Source: an uncultured Ignavibacteriales bacterium (lineage in GTDB: Bacteria > Zixibacteria > MSB-5A5 > GN15 > FEB-12). Taken from it: a DNA stretch of 64,000 nt. Every line of letters begins with the position of its first letter. The first letter of the stretch is position 1. Positions 40,778 to 50,840 of this stretch are shown in pieces. The position numbers and the translations under genes were made by a program. Below the pieces are notes generated by a model. The model was given only the letters and a program-made list of their open reading frames with translations. It ran no database searches and was not told the origin of the DNA. The stretch covers positions 1 to 64,000 of the forward strand of contig CAYXJN010000005.1 in assembly GCA_964464605.1 (NCBI GenBank), read 5' to 3'.

Positions 40778-42004
40778 CTATTGCCTGAGTACCTCTATAA
40801 CCGAAAGCCGGGCAGCCCGGTAGGCAGGGTAGAGCGAGGCCAGATAACAGATCGCCACAGTCACCACGCCTGAGAGTAAAAAGTCCATAACATGCGTTTC
40901 GACAGGGAGATAGCTGATGAAATAAATATCCGCCGGTAGGGAAATAATTTCATACCGGTTCTGAATGAACGTTGCCAACAATGCCAAAAGCCAGCCACTT
41001 ACAACCCCGACACAGCCTATCACTAAGCCCTTATAAATGAAAATCCGGCGGATCGAATGCGGCGTGGCTCCCATCGTTTTGAGGATGCCGACTTCCGGTC
41101 GTTTTTCCATCGCGAGCATGACCAGTGTCGAGATAATCGAAAAGGCGGCCACGAGAACAATCAGGATAAACCCGAGAAAGAGCATCTTCTTTTCAAGCGC
41201 TATCCAGGCGAACAAATTCTTATGCAGCACGTTCCACGGGACGATATCGTACCGGTGTTCCAAAACTGAATCGATTTTCGGGGCGATACTTTCTGATTGG
41301 TACATGTCGGTTAGTTTTAAGTGTAACGCGGTGACGGCATCCCCCATCCGAAACAGCTTTTGTGCATCGGGCAAACTGATATAGGCCATTTCGGCATCGA
41401 ACTCAAACATTCCGGTTTCGAAAATTCCGGAGATCGCAAATTTGGCGACACGCGGGCGGGAGGTTCCGTGCAGATCTTCCCCTTTTAGCGAGTAGAGCAC
41501 AATCGGATCACCGACCGAAACGCCAAGCCGTTCCGCGAGGGTGTTCCCCATCAGCATACCCGGCAAGGTGTCATCTTCACGAATAACCGGAGCAAACGAA
41601 TAGGCGCCACTGGTGATAACATCCTTGATTTTGGCCGTCTTATTTTCCAAATCAAGATCGATTCCCCGAACAATAATGCCGTCACCGGCGGAAGCGGAAG
41701 AAATCGCCGCTTTGTAAAAAATAAACGGGGAAGTCGCAATTACTCCGGGAACCGCGTTTGTCTTCTCGATGATTTCTATGTAATTGCTGATCGGTTCAGG
41801 GCCGAACGGGAAAATAGAAATATGCGATGTCGTTCCGAGCAACCGGCTTCGGATTTCAGATTCGAATCCGTTGTGCATCGACATGACAAAACAGACCACG
41901 GCAACACCAAGCGTAACGCCGAGGGTCGTTATCCACGTCGACACGGAAATAAACACACGTCCCGACCAGAGATATCGCCGGGCTATAAACGACTCGAATC
42001 TCAT
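40778..42004 (-). CDS. lolC: lipoprotein-releasing ABC permease LolC/E
   Basis: IARRYL, GVTLGVA, VAAFSIISTL, GILKTMGA and YPAYRAA. Confidence 0.88.
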   Translation of the reverse strand: MRFESFIARRYLWSGRVFISVSTWITTLGVTLGVAVVCFVMSMHNGFESEIRSRLLGTTSHISIFPFGPEPISNYIEIIEKTNAVPGVIATSPFIFYKAAISSASAGDGIIVRGIDLDLENKTAKIKDVITSGAYSFAPVIREDDTLPGMLMGNTLAERLGVSVGDPIVLYSLKGEDLHGTSRPRVAKFAISGIFETGMFEFDAEMAYISLPDAQKLFRMGDAVTALHLKLTDMYQSESIAPKIDSVLEHRYDIVPWNVLHKNLFAWIALEKKMLFLGFILIVLVAAFSIISTLVMLAMEKRPEVGILKTMGATPHSIRRIFIYKGLVIGCVGVVSGWLLALLATFIQNRYEIISLPADIYFISYLPVETHVMDFLLSGVVTVAICYLASLYPAYRAARLSVIEVLRQ

Positions 42005-42079
42005 ACTGTTTAGGTAGATTGCCTGCGTGTGTTCATCTATTTATTTATACGCAATAGGGCAGAATATGGCTACATAAAG

Positions 42080-42109
42080 AAAAACGGCACAGGTAACCCT
42101 GCGCCGTTT
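42080..42109 (-). terminator. terminator after the M32 carboxypeptidase gene
   Basis: Hairpin AAACGGCACAGG/CCTGCGCCGTTT. Confidence 0.65.
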
Positions 42110-42138
42110 GACATGCGTATCCAAAAAACCGAGGGAAA

Positions 42139-43653
42139 TTACAGAGCGTAAATTTCTCCGTATTTCTTTTTCATGTAGGCAATGAGCGGTTCATGCGAAA
42201 GCGGCTTACCGGTTACTTTTTGCACCAGTTTGTCAGCGCGATACCGCTGGCCATGAACATGAATGTTCTTTCTTAACCATTCGCGCAGGCCAAGGAAATT
42301 GCCGGTTTCGAACTGCTTCATCATGTCCGGCATATCGGCTAAAGCCGTATTAAAAAATTGCGCCGAATACAAATTTCCGAGCGTGTAGGTCGGGAAATAG
42401 CCGATCAAACCGGCTGACCAATGGACATCCTGCAGACAGCCGTTGGTATCTTTGTCCACATCGAATCCGAAATACTTTTTGAAACGACTGTTCCATTCAC
42501 CCGGAACATCAGCCGGTTTCAAATCGCCGGTCATCAGTGCGCGTTCGAGTTCGAAACGAAGCAGAATGTGCAGGTTGTAGGTCGCTTCATCCGCTTCGAC
42601 ACGAATGTACGATGGACGCACATCGTTAATGGCGCCGTAAAAGTCATCGAGCGAAACATCGGCTAATGATTCTTTGAATATCCGTTTTGCCTGCGGCAGG
42701 AAATAGGACCAGAACGCTTTCGAGCGCCCGACCTGATTTTCCCACATACGGGACTGGGATTCATGAATACCGAGCGATGCCGCTTCACCCATTGGCGTAC
42801 CGAAAAATTTCTCTTTTTCGATTCCCATTTCATACAGACCGTGACCGGCTTCATGCATGGTACCAAAAAGCGCGTCATTCAAACGTCTTGGATTGTAACG
42901 GGTAGTAATACGGGTATCGCCGGGCCCAATGCCGGTGCAGAACGGGTGGGTGGTAATATCCAAACGCCCGGCCTGAAAATCATAGCCGATTGCAGCCGCG
43001 ACTGATTCACCGAATACGCGCTGCAGTTCGGTGTTGTATTCCCGCTCGACGATAGTAACGTCCGGTTTCCTTTTGGAAGCCTGAATAGCGGCAACAAGCG
43101 GAACGAGTTCTTTACGAAGATGTTCGAATACCTGAGCGATTTCTTCGACCGTGCCACCCGGTTCGTAATCATCGAGCAGTGAATTGTATGGTTCACCTTT
43201 GAAGCCGTAGGCATCAGCTTTTTCGCGGGTCAGTTTGACGACTTGTTCAAGCCAGGGGAGAAACGATTTGAAATCATTTTTCTTGCGAGCTTTAACCCAT
43301 TCACCCTGGGCAAGGGTGGTAACGCGGGTAAACTCTTCGACTAACTTTTTAGGAAGTTTGGTTTCTTTGTTATAACGATGGCGCAGTTCACGGATATTGA
43401 CCGCTTCAATCGATTCGGCATCTTTCGCTAGCGGAGATGCTTCCAGCGTACCGAGTAAATCACCGACTTTGGTATCAGTGAATTTTTCATGCATCATTCC
43501 GGCGATCAGGCTTAACTGTTCCGCGCGGAGGTTAGCACCGGCATGCGGCATATAGGTGCGTTCATCCCATCCCAACACCGCGCCGCAGGAGCCCAACAGG
43601 GCGACTTCCTTGGTGCGACCAACTAATTCTTCATACGCGTTTTGCGGACTCAC
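42139..43653 (-). CDS. M32-family carboxypeptidase (Taq-type)
   Basis: HPF, HEAGH, HESQS, IRVEADE, GCLQDVHW and GYFPTYTLGN. Confidence 0.95.
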   Translation of the reverse strand: MSPQNAYEELVGRTKEVALLGSCGAVLGWDERTYMPHAGANLRAEQLSLIAGMMHEKFTDTKVGDLLGTLEASPLAKDAESIEAVNIRELRHRYNKETKLPKKLVEEFTRVTTLAQGEWVKARKKNDFKSFLPWLEQVVKLTREKADAYGFKGEPYNSLLDDYEPGGTVEEIAQVFEHLRKELVPLVAAIQASKRKPDVTIVEREYNTELQRVFGESVAAAIGYDFQAGRLDITTHPFCTGIGPGDTRITTRYNPRRLNDALFGTMHEAGHGLYEMGIEKEKFFGTPMGEAASLGIHESQSRMWENQVGRSKAFWSYFLPQAKRIFKESLADVSLDDFYGAINDVRPSYIRVEADEATYNLHILLRFELERALMTGDLKPADVPGEWNSRFKKYFGFDVDKDTNGCLQDVHWSAGLIGYFPTYTLGNLYSAQFFNTALADMPDMMKQFETGNFLGLREWLRKNIHVHGQRYRADKLVQKVTGKPLSHEPLIAYMKKKYGEIYAL

Positions 43654-43789
43654 GTCGTCATTCTCCTTACATCTTTTTCGTTGTTCTTATGGGGTCAATC
43701 ATATTGCCAATCAGCGCTTTGCGCAAGAGGGGGGAGTAGCACTGTTTTGGGAGAAGGCACCCAAAGGTAAAAGGGGGGGCGACGCCCCC

Positions 43790-43818
43790 TTGACATGATA
43801 ATGAGAAATCATTATCAT
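43790..43818 (+). promoter_or_regulatory. sigma70 promoter overlapped by a Fur/Zur-box-like palindrome
   Basis: TTGACA (43790)-N17-TATCAT (43813), with the perfect inverted repeat ATGATAATGA-gaaa-TCATTATCAT at 43795-43818. Confidence 0.85.
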
Positions 43819-43823
43819 TAAGC

Positions 43824-44222
43824 ATGCCGACGAAACGGAATACGAAACAAAAAACGGCGGTGCTGGAAACATTGCAACAGGCGGAACGACCGCTTTCCTT
43901 ACCGGAAATACTCAGCCGCGCCAAGAAAACAGCGCCGAGTATCGGACAAGCGACAATTTATCGGACATTGAAAGAGCTGAACCTTTCCGGTCAGCTTTCG
44001 GCGGTGCAGTTGGCGGGACAGCCGACCAGGTATGAACCGGCTAATCGGGCGCATCATCATCATTTTCACTGTCATGCCTGCGGGAAAGTGTACGATTTGC
44101 CGGGTTGTTTGCCACGCTTGGTTTCGCTGTTGCCGAGAGGATTCAAGATGGAATCGCATGATGTCACCCTGCACGGCCGCTGTCGCAACTGTACAAAAAA
44201 GCAGTCAGGAGTCCCAAATTGA
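43824..44222 (+). CDS. Fur-family metalloregulator (Zur-like by context)
   Basis: ATIYRTL, HHHHFHCHACG and CRNC; heads a znuACB-like operon. Confidence 0.9.
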   Translation: MPTKRNTKQKTAVLETLQQAERPLSLPEILSRAKKTAPSIGQATIYRTLKELNLSGQLSAVQLAGQPTRYEPANRAHHHHFHCHACGKVYDLPGCLPRLVSLLPRGFKMESHDVTLHGRCRNCTKKQSGVPN

Positions 44223-45067
44223 GACACATAGTGTCTTTTATTCTTTTTTGGGTTTGCAGCATCTCAATAACGAATGCAGTAGATAACCGTTTGCAGGTTA
44301 CGGCGAGTATTGCGCCGGTCGCGTATTTCGTTGAAAAGATTGGCGGTGAGTATGTTGCGGTGAACACATTGGTTGGTTCCGGGCAGTCACCGCATACGTT
44401 CGAGCCGACGCCGCATCAGGTGATGGATGTCAGTTCTTCACAGCTTTTCGTTCGTATAGGTGAGCCGTTTGAAGATAGGCTGCTTGAAAAACTACATGCG
44501 CTACACGCATTAACGATTGTCGACCTGCGAAGCGGGTTGACGCTTCACTCCGATACTCATGGTCATGCCCATGATCCGCATATCTGGTTATCGCCGGTAT
44601 TGATGAGCAAACAAGTCACCCTTATTGCCGATGCGCTCTGCCGGATCGATTCTGTTCATACTTCGGAATATCGCCGCAATCTTGCGCTGCTCATCAGTGA
44701 ATTGACCAATCTTGATTCTACAATACATGCGCACCTTCAACAGTATGCAGGGCGCAAAGTGTATATTTACCATGCTGCCTTCGGGTATTTCTGTGAACAA
44801 TACAACATCGTGCAAGTCGCAGTCGAGCAGGATGGGAAAGAGCCGAGTGGAAAATGGCTGACGAAAATTATTGAGTCGGCTCGTGCAGATGGTATCACCG
44901 CAATTTTTGCCCAGCCGCAGTATCCGGCGCGTGGGGCACAGACAGTGGCCGATGAAGTCGGCGCGCGGGTGGTGATGATAGACCCGAACGCGCATGATTA
45001 TGCCGGAAATCTGTTGTCTATCGCCCAGCAAATTGCCGCATCCTTTTCACCGAAGGAAAAACAGTAA
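44219..45067 (+). CDS. znuA: Zn/Mn ABC substrate-binding protein
   Basis: SPHTFEP, HGHAHDPHIWLSP and HAAFGYF. Confidence 0.85.
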   Translation: MRHIVSFILFWVCSISITNAVDNRLQVTASIAPVAYFVEKIGGEYVAVNTLVGSGQSPHTFEPTPHQVMDVSSSQLFVRIGEPFEDRLLEKLHALHALTIVDLRSGLTLHSDTHGHAHDPHIWLSPVLMSKQVTLIADALCRIDSVHTSEYRRNLALLISELTNLDSTIHAHLQQYAGRKVYIYHAAFGYFCEQYNIVQVAVEQDGKEPSGKWLTKIIESARADGITAIFAQPQYPARGAQTVADEVGARVVMIDPNAHDYAGNLLSIAQQIAASFSPKEKQ

Positions 45068-45819
45068 TGGAAACACGCTGCTCACTATCATCGATCATTC
45101 ACCTCGATCAGGTTTCATTTAGCTATAACGGGTCGCCGGTGATTGCGAATGCATCTTTGCATATCGCAGAAAAAGAATTTGTCTGGATTGTCGGCCCAAA
45201 CGGTGGTGGTAAATCGACGCTGCTGAAATTGTTAGTTGGTTTATTGAAACCGAATAGCGGTGTGGTGTCGGTATTCGGCGAAACACCGGAAAAGGTGCGT
45301 TCACGAATCGGCTATCTTCCGCAAAATCCATCCCTTGATCTGAGTTTTCCGGCAACGGTGCTGGATATCGCACTGATGGGACGTTTGCATCCGGCCGGGC
45401 CGTTCGGACGGTACGGCGCAAGAGATAAAGAAGCGGCGATGCAAGCGCTTGGTACCGTCGGGTTAGCGCAGCGCAGCAAAGAGCGTTTTTCGCAACTCTC
45501 CGGCGGTCAGCTGCGCCGTTTGCTGATTGCCCGATCGTTAGCTGCTGAACCAAAGCTGCTCTTACTTGATGAACCAACCGCCAATTTAGATCAAGCCTCC
45601 GAAGAGGAACTCCGCAATTTGCTCTATCGCTTAAGTAGTGAGATTACCATGCTGATGGTCTCGCATGATCCAGTGTTTGTGGCATCCTTTGTCGATAAGG
45701 TTGTCTGCGTTAACCACAATGTCAGCGTACACCCAACCGGCGCATTGCCGGAAAATACCGGTATGCATATTTACGGTGAACGGATGAATGTAATCCGTCA
45801 TGACCGACAGATAGACTAA
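45067..45819 (+). CDS. znuC: Zn/Mn ABC ATP-binding protein
   Basis: GPNGGGKST, LSGGQ, DEPT and SHD. Confidence 0.85.
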   Translation: METRCSLSSIIHLDQVSFSYNGSPVIANASLHIAEKEFVWIVGPNGGGKSTLLKLLVGLLKPNSGVVSVFGETPEKVRSRIGYLPQNPSLDLSFPATVLDIALMGRLHPAGPFGRYGARDKEAAMQALGTVGLAQRSKERFSQLSGGQLRRLLIARSLAAEPKLLLLDEPTANLDQASEEELRNLLYRLSSEITMLMVSHDPVFVASFVDKVVCVNHNVSVHPTGALPENTGMHIYGERMNVIRHDRQID

Positions 45820-45821
45820 CC

Positions 45822-46673
45822 ATGCTTGAGTTTTTTAGCGCCATTACCGAACATCAGTTTGTCCGCAATGCCGTTATTGCGGGCGTACTAATCTCTGTTG
45901 CTGCCGGGGTCATCGGCGCATATGTGGTAGCGCGGCGAATTACCTATTTAGCCGGCGGTATTTCACACTCAGTATTAGGTGGGATGGGGATAGCCTACTA
46001 TTGTTCTATCGTCTACGGACTCGTCTGGTTTACACCGATGGTTGGTGCGTATATCGCCGCATTGATATCTGCAATCTTGATTGCTTTAGTGAGTATGAAA
46101 GCAAAAGCGCGGGAGGATACGGTAATCGGCGCGATGTGGGCAATCGGGATGGCAATCGGCGTTATTTTTATGACGATAACACCCGGCTACAACCGTGATT
46201 TGATGGGGTATCTATTTGGCAATATTCTGTTAGTCTCTTCATCTGAATTACTGATGATCGGTATCGTCGATGTAGTTGTGGTGGCCTGCGGCCTGCTTTT
46301 GTACAACCAGTTTCAGGCTGTCTGTTTCGATCAGGAGTTTGCCCGTACTCGTGGCGTACAGGTGGACTGGTATTACTTACTTTTGATCTGTCTGACCGCA
46401 TTGACCGTTGTTATGCTTATGACCGTTGTCGGCGTAGTTCTGGTTATTGCGCTTTTGACTTTACCGGCGGCGATTGCCGGGCGGTTCAGTACTACTATCG
46501 CCGGGACAATTATTCGGGGGGTTATTGTCAGTTTAGTCGTTGTACTTAGCGGGTTAGTGCTTAGTTACTCTGCTGACTTGCCTGCCGGGGCGGTTATTGT
46601 CGTATTGGCAGGTATCTGGTATATCATAGTCAGTCTCTGGCAATGGCTTGCTGTTCGACTCAAGACAGCCTGA
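45822..46673 (+). CDS. znuB: Zn/Mn ABC permease
   Basis: ISHSVLGG, YLFGNIL, FD.EFA and multiple TM helices. Confidence 0.85.
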   Translation: MLEFFSAITEHQFVRNAVIAGVLISVAAGVIGAYVVARRITYLAGGISHSVLGGMGIAYYCSIVYGLVWFTPMVGAYIAALISAILIALVSMKAKAREDTVIGAMWAIGMAIGVIFMTITPGYNRDLMGYLFGNILLVSSSELLMIGIVDVVVVACGLLLYNQFQAVCFDQEFARTRGVQVDWYYLLLICLTALTVVMLMTVVGVVLVIALLTLPAAIAGRFSTTIAGTIIRGVIVSLVVVLSGLVLSYSADLPAGAVIVVLAGIWYIIVSLWQWLAVRLKTA

Positions 46674-46682
46674 CCGAATTTC

Positions 46683-46721
46683 CTAACAAAACTCTTATAG
46701 AAGTATGATATGGGGCTAATA
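46683..46721 (+). promoter_or_regulatory. Pho-box-like direct repeats at 11-bp period upstream of the response regulator
   Basis: CTAACA (46683), CTTATA (46694), ATGATA (46705) and CTAATA (46716). Confidence 0.55.
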
Positions 46722-46774
46722 ATGAAAGTGCAGTTTCAGGCGTCACAAAGGCACCCTGTAACTGAAGGTAGTAC

Positions 46775-47467
46775 GTGGCGAAGCCATCCATACTTGTTAT
46801 CGAAGATGAAACTGATATTCAGGAACTGATAAAGTACCATCTGACCAAAGAGGGCTATCTGGTAAATTGCGTCGGTTCCGGTGAAGAAGGAATCCGCGCC
46901 GCCCGTACCCAGCCGCCGAATCTTATTCTTTTGGATCTGATGCTCCCCGGTGTCGACGGACTTGATGTGTGTAAGACTCTCAAGAACGACTCCAAAACAC
47001 AGAATATTATTATTATCATGCTGACCGCGAAAACATCCGAGTCGGATGTCGTGACCGGGTTAGAGCTTGGCGCCGATGATTACATGCCAAAACCGTTTTC
47101 CCCGCGTGAACTGATAGCCCGCGTTCGGGCACGCTTGCGGGATAAATCGGCTCAGGCAACGGATGAACATACCACGATAAAGATCAACGGTTTGTTAATC
47201 GACCCGGGACGTCACGAGGTGATGATTGAAGGACGACCCGTAAAATTGACGCTTACTGAATTTCAAATCTTACATTTGCTCTCTCGCAGCCCGGGATGGG
47301 TGTACAGCCGGTATGATATCGTCAATCGTATTCGTGGACAGGAAGCAATCGTAACGGACCGATCTATTGATGTGCAGATTGTAGGCCTGCGTAAAAAACT
47401 CGGTACTTTCGGCCGGTATGTTGAAACGGTCCGCGGTGTCGGCTACCGTTTGCGCGAAGCCAACTGA
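46775..47467 (+). CDS. phoB: OmpR-family response regulator, PhoB/PhoP-like, with no adjacent kinase
   Basis: ED...LLDLMLPG..G...IIMLTAK..ESDVVTGLELGADDY..KPFSPREL and winged helix DRSIDV...LRKKL...ETVRGVGYR. Confidence 0.75.
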   Translation: MAKPSILVIEDETDIQELIKYHLTKEGYLVNCVGSGEEGIRAARTQPPNLILLDLMLPGVDGLDVCKTLKNDSKTQNIIIIMLTAKTSESDVVTGLELGADDYMPKPFSPRELIARVRARLRDKSAQATDEHTTIKINGLLIDPGRHEVMIEGRPVKLTLTEFQILHLLSRSPGWVYSRYDIVNRIRGQEAIVTDRSIDVQIVGLRKKLGTFGRYVETVRGVGYRLREAN

Positions 47468-47540
47468 AAACTCAGTTATTGTTATCACGAATTCGGACAA
47501 TGAGTTGAGTTTTCGTGCCGGTGTAGCCTGCCGCGGTATC

Positions 47541-47598
47541 ATCACAAAAATCACACATTCCTAACAGTTCCTAACAATTCACTAAATCTCAGCTAATA
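47541..47598 (+). promoter_or_regulatory. Pho-box-like repeat array upstream of the TonB receptor
   Basis: ATCACA (47541, 47550), CTAACA (47561, 47571), CTAAAT (47582) and CTAATA (47593), at 9-11-bp spacing. Confidence 0.6.
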
Positions 47599-47670
47599 GG
47601 AGCTGTCTTCCTTTGTTGGCCGTTTTTTTAAGCTGAAATATTTGGATTTTGGGATAGAAGGAGTTCTCGC

Positions 47671-50600
47671 TTGAAGTTTACAAGCACGCATTTATCGAAC
47701 AGCTTCCACGCACGGAAGTTCTTTCTTCATTTGCTCATTATAAGCGCTTTTATGATTTTGTCAGGGATTGCCGCGGCACAGGATGCGCCGGTCGGCAAAC
47801 CGGGTCGTATCAGTGGCGTGGTGTTTGACGCCAAATCAGGCGAAAAACTGACAGGGGCTACCATACGAGTAGACCTGCCGAATGACACGATCGCGCAAAC
47901 CGCAGGTATCAGCGGGAAAACGGTTTCTCGGGGAGCAAAATCAAATTTGAACGGTGAGTATCTGGTTCGTTCAGTGCCGCCCGGGATGTACACCATAACT
48001 GTATCGATGATTGGCTATACCAAATCGGTAATCAATAATGTTGAAGTGACGCAGGATGGTGTTGCCAAGTTGGATGTCAGTCTTTCCACTGAAGAAGTAC
48101 AGTTAAAAAATGATATAAAGGTGCAAGCCCGTCGCGATCCGCGGTCGACATCTGCCAATGATGTCGTTCGTCAGAAAGCTGCCAGCGCGATGGACATTGT
48201 TTCTTCTGAAGAGATGAGTAAAGCAGGTGTGAGCGATGCCGAAGGGGCGTTATCTAAAGTAACCGGAATTTCAATCATGGGGAATGATGCATACATTCGC
48301 GGTGTCAGCGACAGATATATTAACGTGCAACTCAACGGCAGCACGATGCCGTCATCCGAAATGGATAAACAGACCTTCCGAACGGACATCATTGCCGCAA
48401 ATCTGCTTGACAATATATCAGTACAAAAGACGTATACGCCGGATCAACCGGGAAATGCCACCGGCGGTAATGTTAACATGAATATGAAAAGCTATCCGGA
48501 AACTCGCACATTGATTGCGTCCGGTGGCTTTGGCTATAACGAGTTGGTGACCGGAAATGAGAATTTCCAAACGACAGCTGGTTCATCGACTGATACGTGG
48601 GGATATGATAACGGCTACCGGGATATGCCGCAGATATTGAAGGAGAACATTCTCACCCTACCGGGGCAGGCGCCGCTCGGTTATACATCCGAGCAGGCAC
48701 ATCTCATGGAAGATGTTCTTCGGTCGCTGCATAATGAAGTAAAGCCATCGAACAGAAAGGCACCGGTTAACCGGAACTTCTCAGTGTCATACGGAGACAA
48801 TCTGCCGTTTTTTGGCAAGAATCTCGGCGTTGTGGGTGTATTCACGTACGACCGGAAATACAAATTTCTGGACCACGGACTTGACCAACGGTATGACCCT
48901 CCGCAAAAAGGGGGCGCGACTTCAGCGAGTATCCAAAAAGGCGGGGTCAAATCAAAGTCAGAAGACAACGTTACGTGGGGTACATTAGGAACATTGTCAT
49001 TCAGCCCGGCCAGTAATCATGATTTGAGCTTTACCTATACCCGCAATCAGGATGGATTGAATGAGGTTGAGGTGTTCGACAATTTTTATGATTATCTTGC
49101 CATCCAACCACCGAGTTTTTACCGGTTACAGACAATGGCGTACACAGAACGTTCGCTTGAGTCGTTTCTATTCAAAGGTGGGCATAAACTGATGTCGATG
49201 GGAACATCCGGCGTACGTTTTGATTGGCAGTTAAGTACTTCAACCGCCGCAGAAAATCGACCGGATCGCCGCTCATTTTATGATTTTGCGTCAGTCTATG
49301 AAACCGACAGCTATGATTCTTTAGGTAATATGATTTTGGATACGAACTTTACGCCCAGTTCGCCGGGTTCTGCTTCGCACTCCAGTCGTCTCTGGCAATA
49401 TTTGGATGAAAAGAATCGTGAGGCAAAAGCTGATCTGACTATTCCGGTGGCATCCGCGATTAAATTTAAAACCGGCTTTAACTATGTTTCCAAAGACCGT
49501 AATAATGAAGAATACGGTATACAGATACTTAATGATAACATCGACTATACTCGGAAATATGGCACCTATTACTATTATGATGGGGATTGGGAGCAGTATT
49601 TTGAAGATGCCGGCGGAATTACCGATTCGACTAATGGAAAATTCTATCTTGGCCCGGTGTATACCGGTTTTACCAATAAACAGAACAATTACAGTGGAGA
49701 GCAGGATATTACCAGTTGGTATGGCATGCTCGATTTCTCGCCGCTGAATCGGTTGAAGATAATCACCGGTGCACGATTTGAAAAAACCGATATGGTTATT
49801 ACCGCTCTTTTGGATGGAACGAAGATTGAACAGGTATGGACCGATTCTAATACTAATGTCGATGTGAATAATGGGGATGAAATAGCTCATATGAAGTTGA
49901 ACGACTGGCTTCCGTCGGTTAATGCTATTTACGCCCTGTCTGAAAAAATGAATTTACGGGCGGCAGTTTCCCGTACGCTTGCCCGTCCGAGCCTCCGCGA
50001 GTTTTCGCCGGCAAGAAGCTTCACGAGTGCTAGGTCAGATGATTCATATGGCAACCCGAATTTGAAGCGGACATTGATTAATAACTTTGATGTGCGTTGG
50101 GAATGGTTTGTCAAGCCCGGTGAGGTACTGGCAATCAGCGGTTTCTATAAGAAATTTAAAGATCCTATCGAAACTACATTTCTCGGTAATGGTCCCAATG
50201 CTGCCACACAGCCGCAGAATACAAACTCAGCCGAACTATATGGTATTGAATTTGAAGTTCGCAAAAATCTCGGTGTCCTCGGAACTGCTCTTAGACCTTT
50301 TTCCTTAGGCACCAACGTGACGCTTAACCATTCTCGGGTTGACTTATCTGCCGATGAACTTGAATTATATGAAATCGCCGGTTTGGATCCGAATCGACCT
50401 TTGCAGGGGCAGCCGCCGTATGTGGTCAACTGTGATCTGAGTTACAGTAGGCAATCGTGGGGCACACGGGCGAGTCTCATTTTCAATATGGTGGGTGACC
50501 AGTTATATATTAATTCCGACGGCTGGAAGTCCGATGTATACGAACAACACCGCGCGATGCTGGATTTTACCCTCTCACAGGCTATCTGGTCAGGTTTCTC

Positions 50601-50778
50601 ATTCAAATTTGCGGCCAAAAACATTCTTAACAAAGACCATGTTCTATACTATAAGTTGGCTGACTTCATTACGAACGTCGAAGTAATCGACGGTTATGAC
50701 CGGGATGGGATGGCCGTGTACGAATTGAACCCAATTGGCACAAGCCTTTCCGCTAGTTTGAGTTGGCAAATTTGGTAG
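47671..50778 (+). CDS. large TonB-dependent receptor with N-terminal carboxypeptidase-regulatory-like domain
   Basis: Plug YIRGVSDRY...V.KTYTPD.PG...GG.V, RPSLRE, GNPNL and C-terminal aromatic residue. The start codon (TTG) is uncertain. Confidence 0.88.
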   Translation: MKFTSTHLSNSFHARKFFLHLLIISAFMILSGIAAAQDAPVGKPGRISGVVFDAKSGEKLTGATIRVDLPNDTIAQTAGISGKTVSRGAKSNLNGEYLVRSVPPGMYTITVSMIGYTKSVINNVEVTQDGVAKLDVSLSTEEVQLKNDIKVQARRDPRSTSANDVVRQKAASAMDIVSSEEMSKAGVSDAEGALSKVTGISIMGNDAYIRGVSDRYINVQLNGSTMPSSEMDKQTFRTDIIAANLLDNISVQKTYTPDQPGNATGGNVNMNMKSYPETRTLIASGGFGYNELVTGNENFQTTAGSSTDTWGYDNGYRDMPQILKENILTLPGQAPLGYTSEQAHLMEDVLRSLHNEVKPSNRKAPVNRNFSVSYGDNLPFFGKNLGVVGVFTYDRKYKFLDHGLDQRYDPPQKGGATSASIQKGGVKSKSEDNVTWGTLGTLSFSPASNHDLSFTYTRNQDGLNEVEVFDNFYDYLAIQPPSFYRLQTMAYTERSLESFLFKGGHKLMSMGTSGVRFDWQLSTSTAAENRPDRRSFYDFASVYETDSYDSLGNMILDTNFTPSSPGSASHSSRLWQYLDEKNREAKADLTIPVASAIKFKTGFNYVSKDRNNEEYGIQILNDNIDYTRKYGTYYYYDGDWEQYFEDAGGITDSTNGKFYLGPVYTGFTNKQNNYSGEQDITSWYGMLDFSPLNRLKIITGARFEKTDMVITALLDGTKIEQVWTDSNTNVDVNNGDEIAHMKLNDWLPSVNAIYALSEKMNLRAAVSRTLARPSLREFSPARSFTSARSDDSYGNPNLKRTLINNFDVRWEWFVKPGEVLAISGFYKKFKDPIETTFLGNGPNAATQPQNTNSAELYGIEFEVRKNLGVLGTALRPFSLGTNVTLNHSRVDLSADELELYEIAGLDPNRPLQGQPPYVVNCDLSYSRQSWGTRASLIFNMVGDQLYINSDGWKSDVYEQHRAMLDFTLSQAIWSGFSFKFAAKNILNKDHVLYYKLADFITNVEVIDGYDRDGMAVYELNPIGTSLSASLSWQIW

Positions 50779-50797
50779 TACAAAGAATCATCAAATA

Positions 50798-50840
50798 CTA
50801 ACAACTCGTTTATACAACACAAATCTCAAATTTCTATCCT
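50798..50840 (+). promoter_or_regulatory. Pho-box-like pair plus -10 element
   Basis: CTAACA (50798) and TTTATA (50809), the same pattern as at 46683, with TATCCT at 50835. Confidence 0.45.

Noticed and set aside
43650..43661. Mini-ORF ATG-ACG-ACG-TGA overlapping the carboxypeptidase GTG start
   Set aside because: The ATG is only 1 nt from the SD while the GTG is at normal spacing, so it is probably incidental.
47541..47598. CRISPR-like or microsatellite repeat
   Set aside because: The units are 6-10 bp with no spacers, which fits regulator binding sites better. No cas genes are present.
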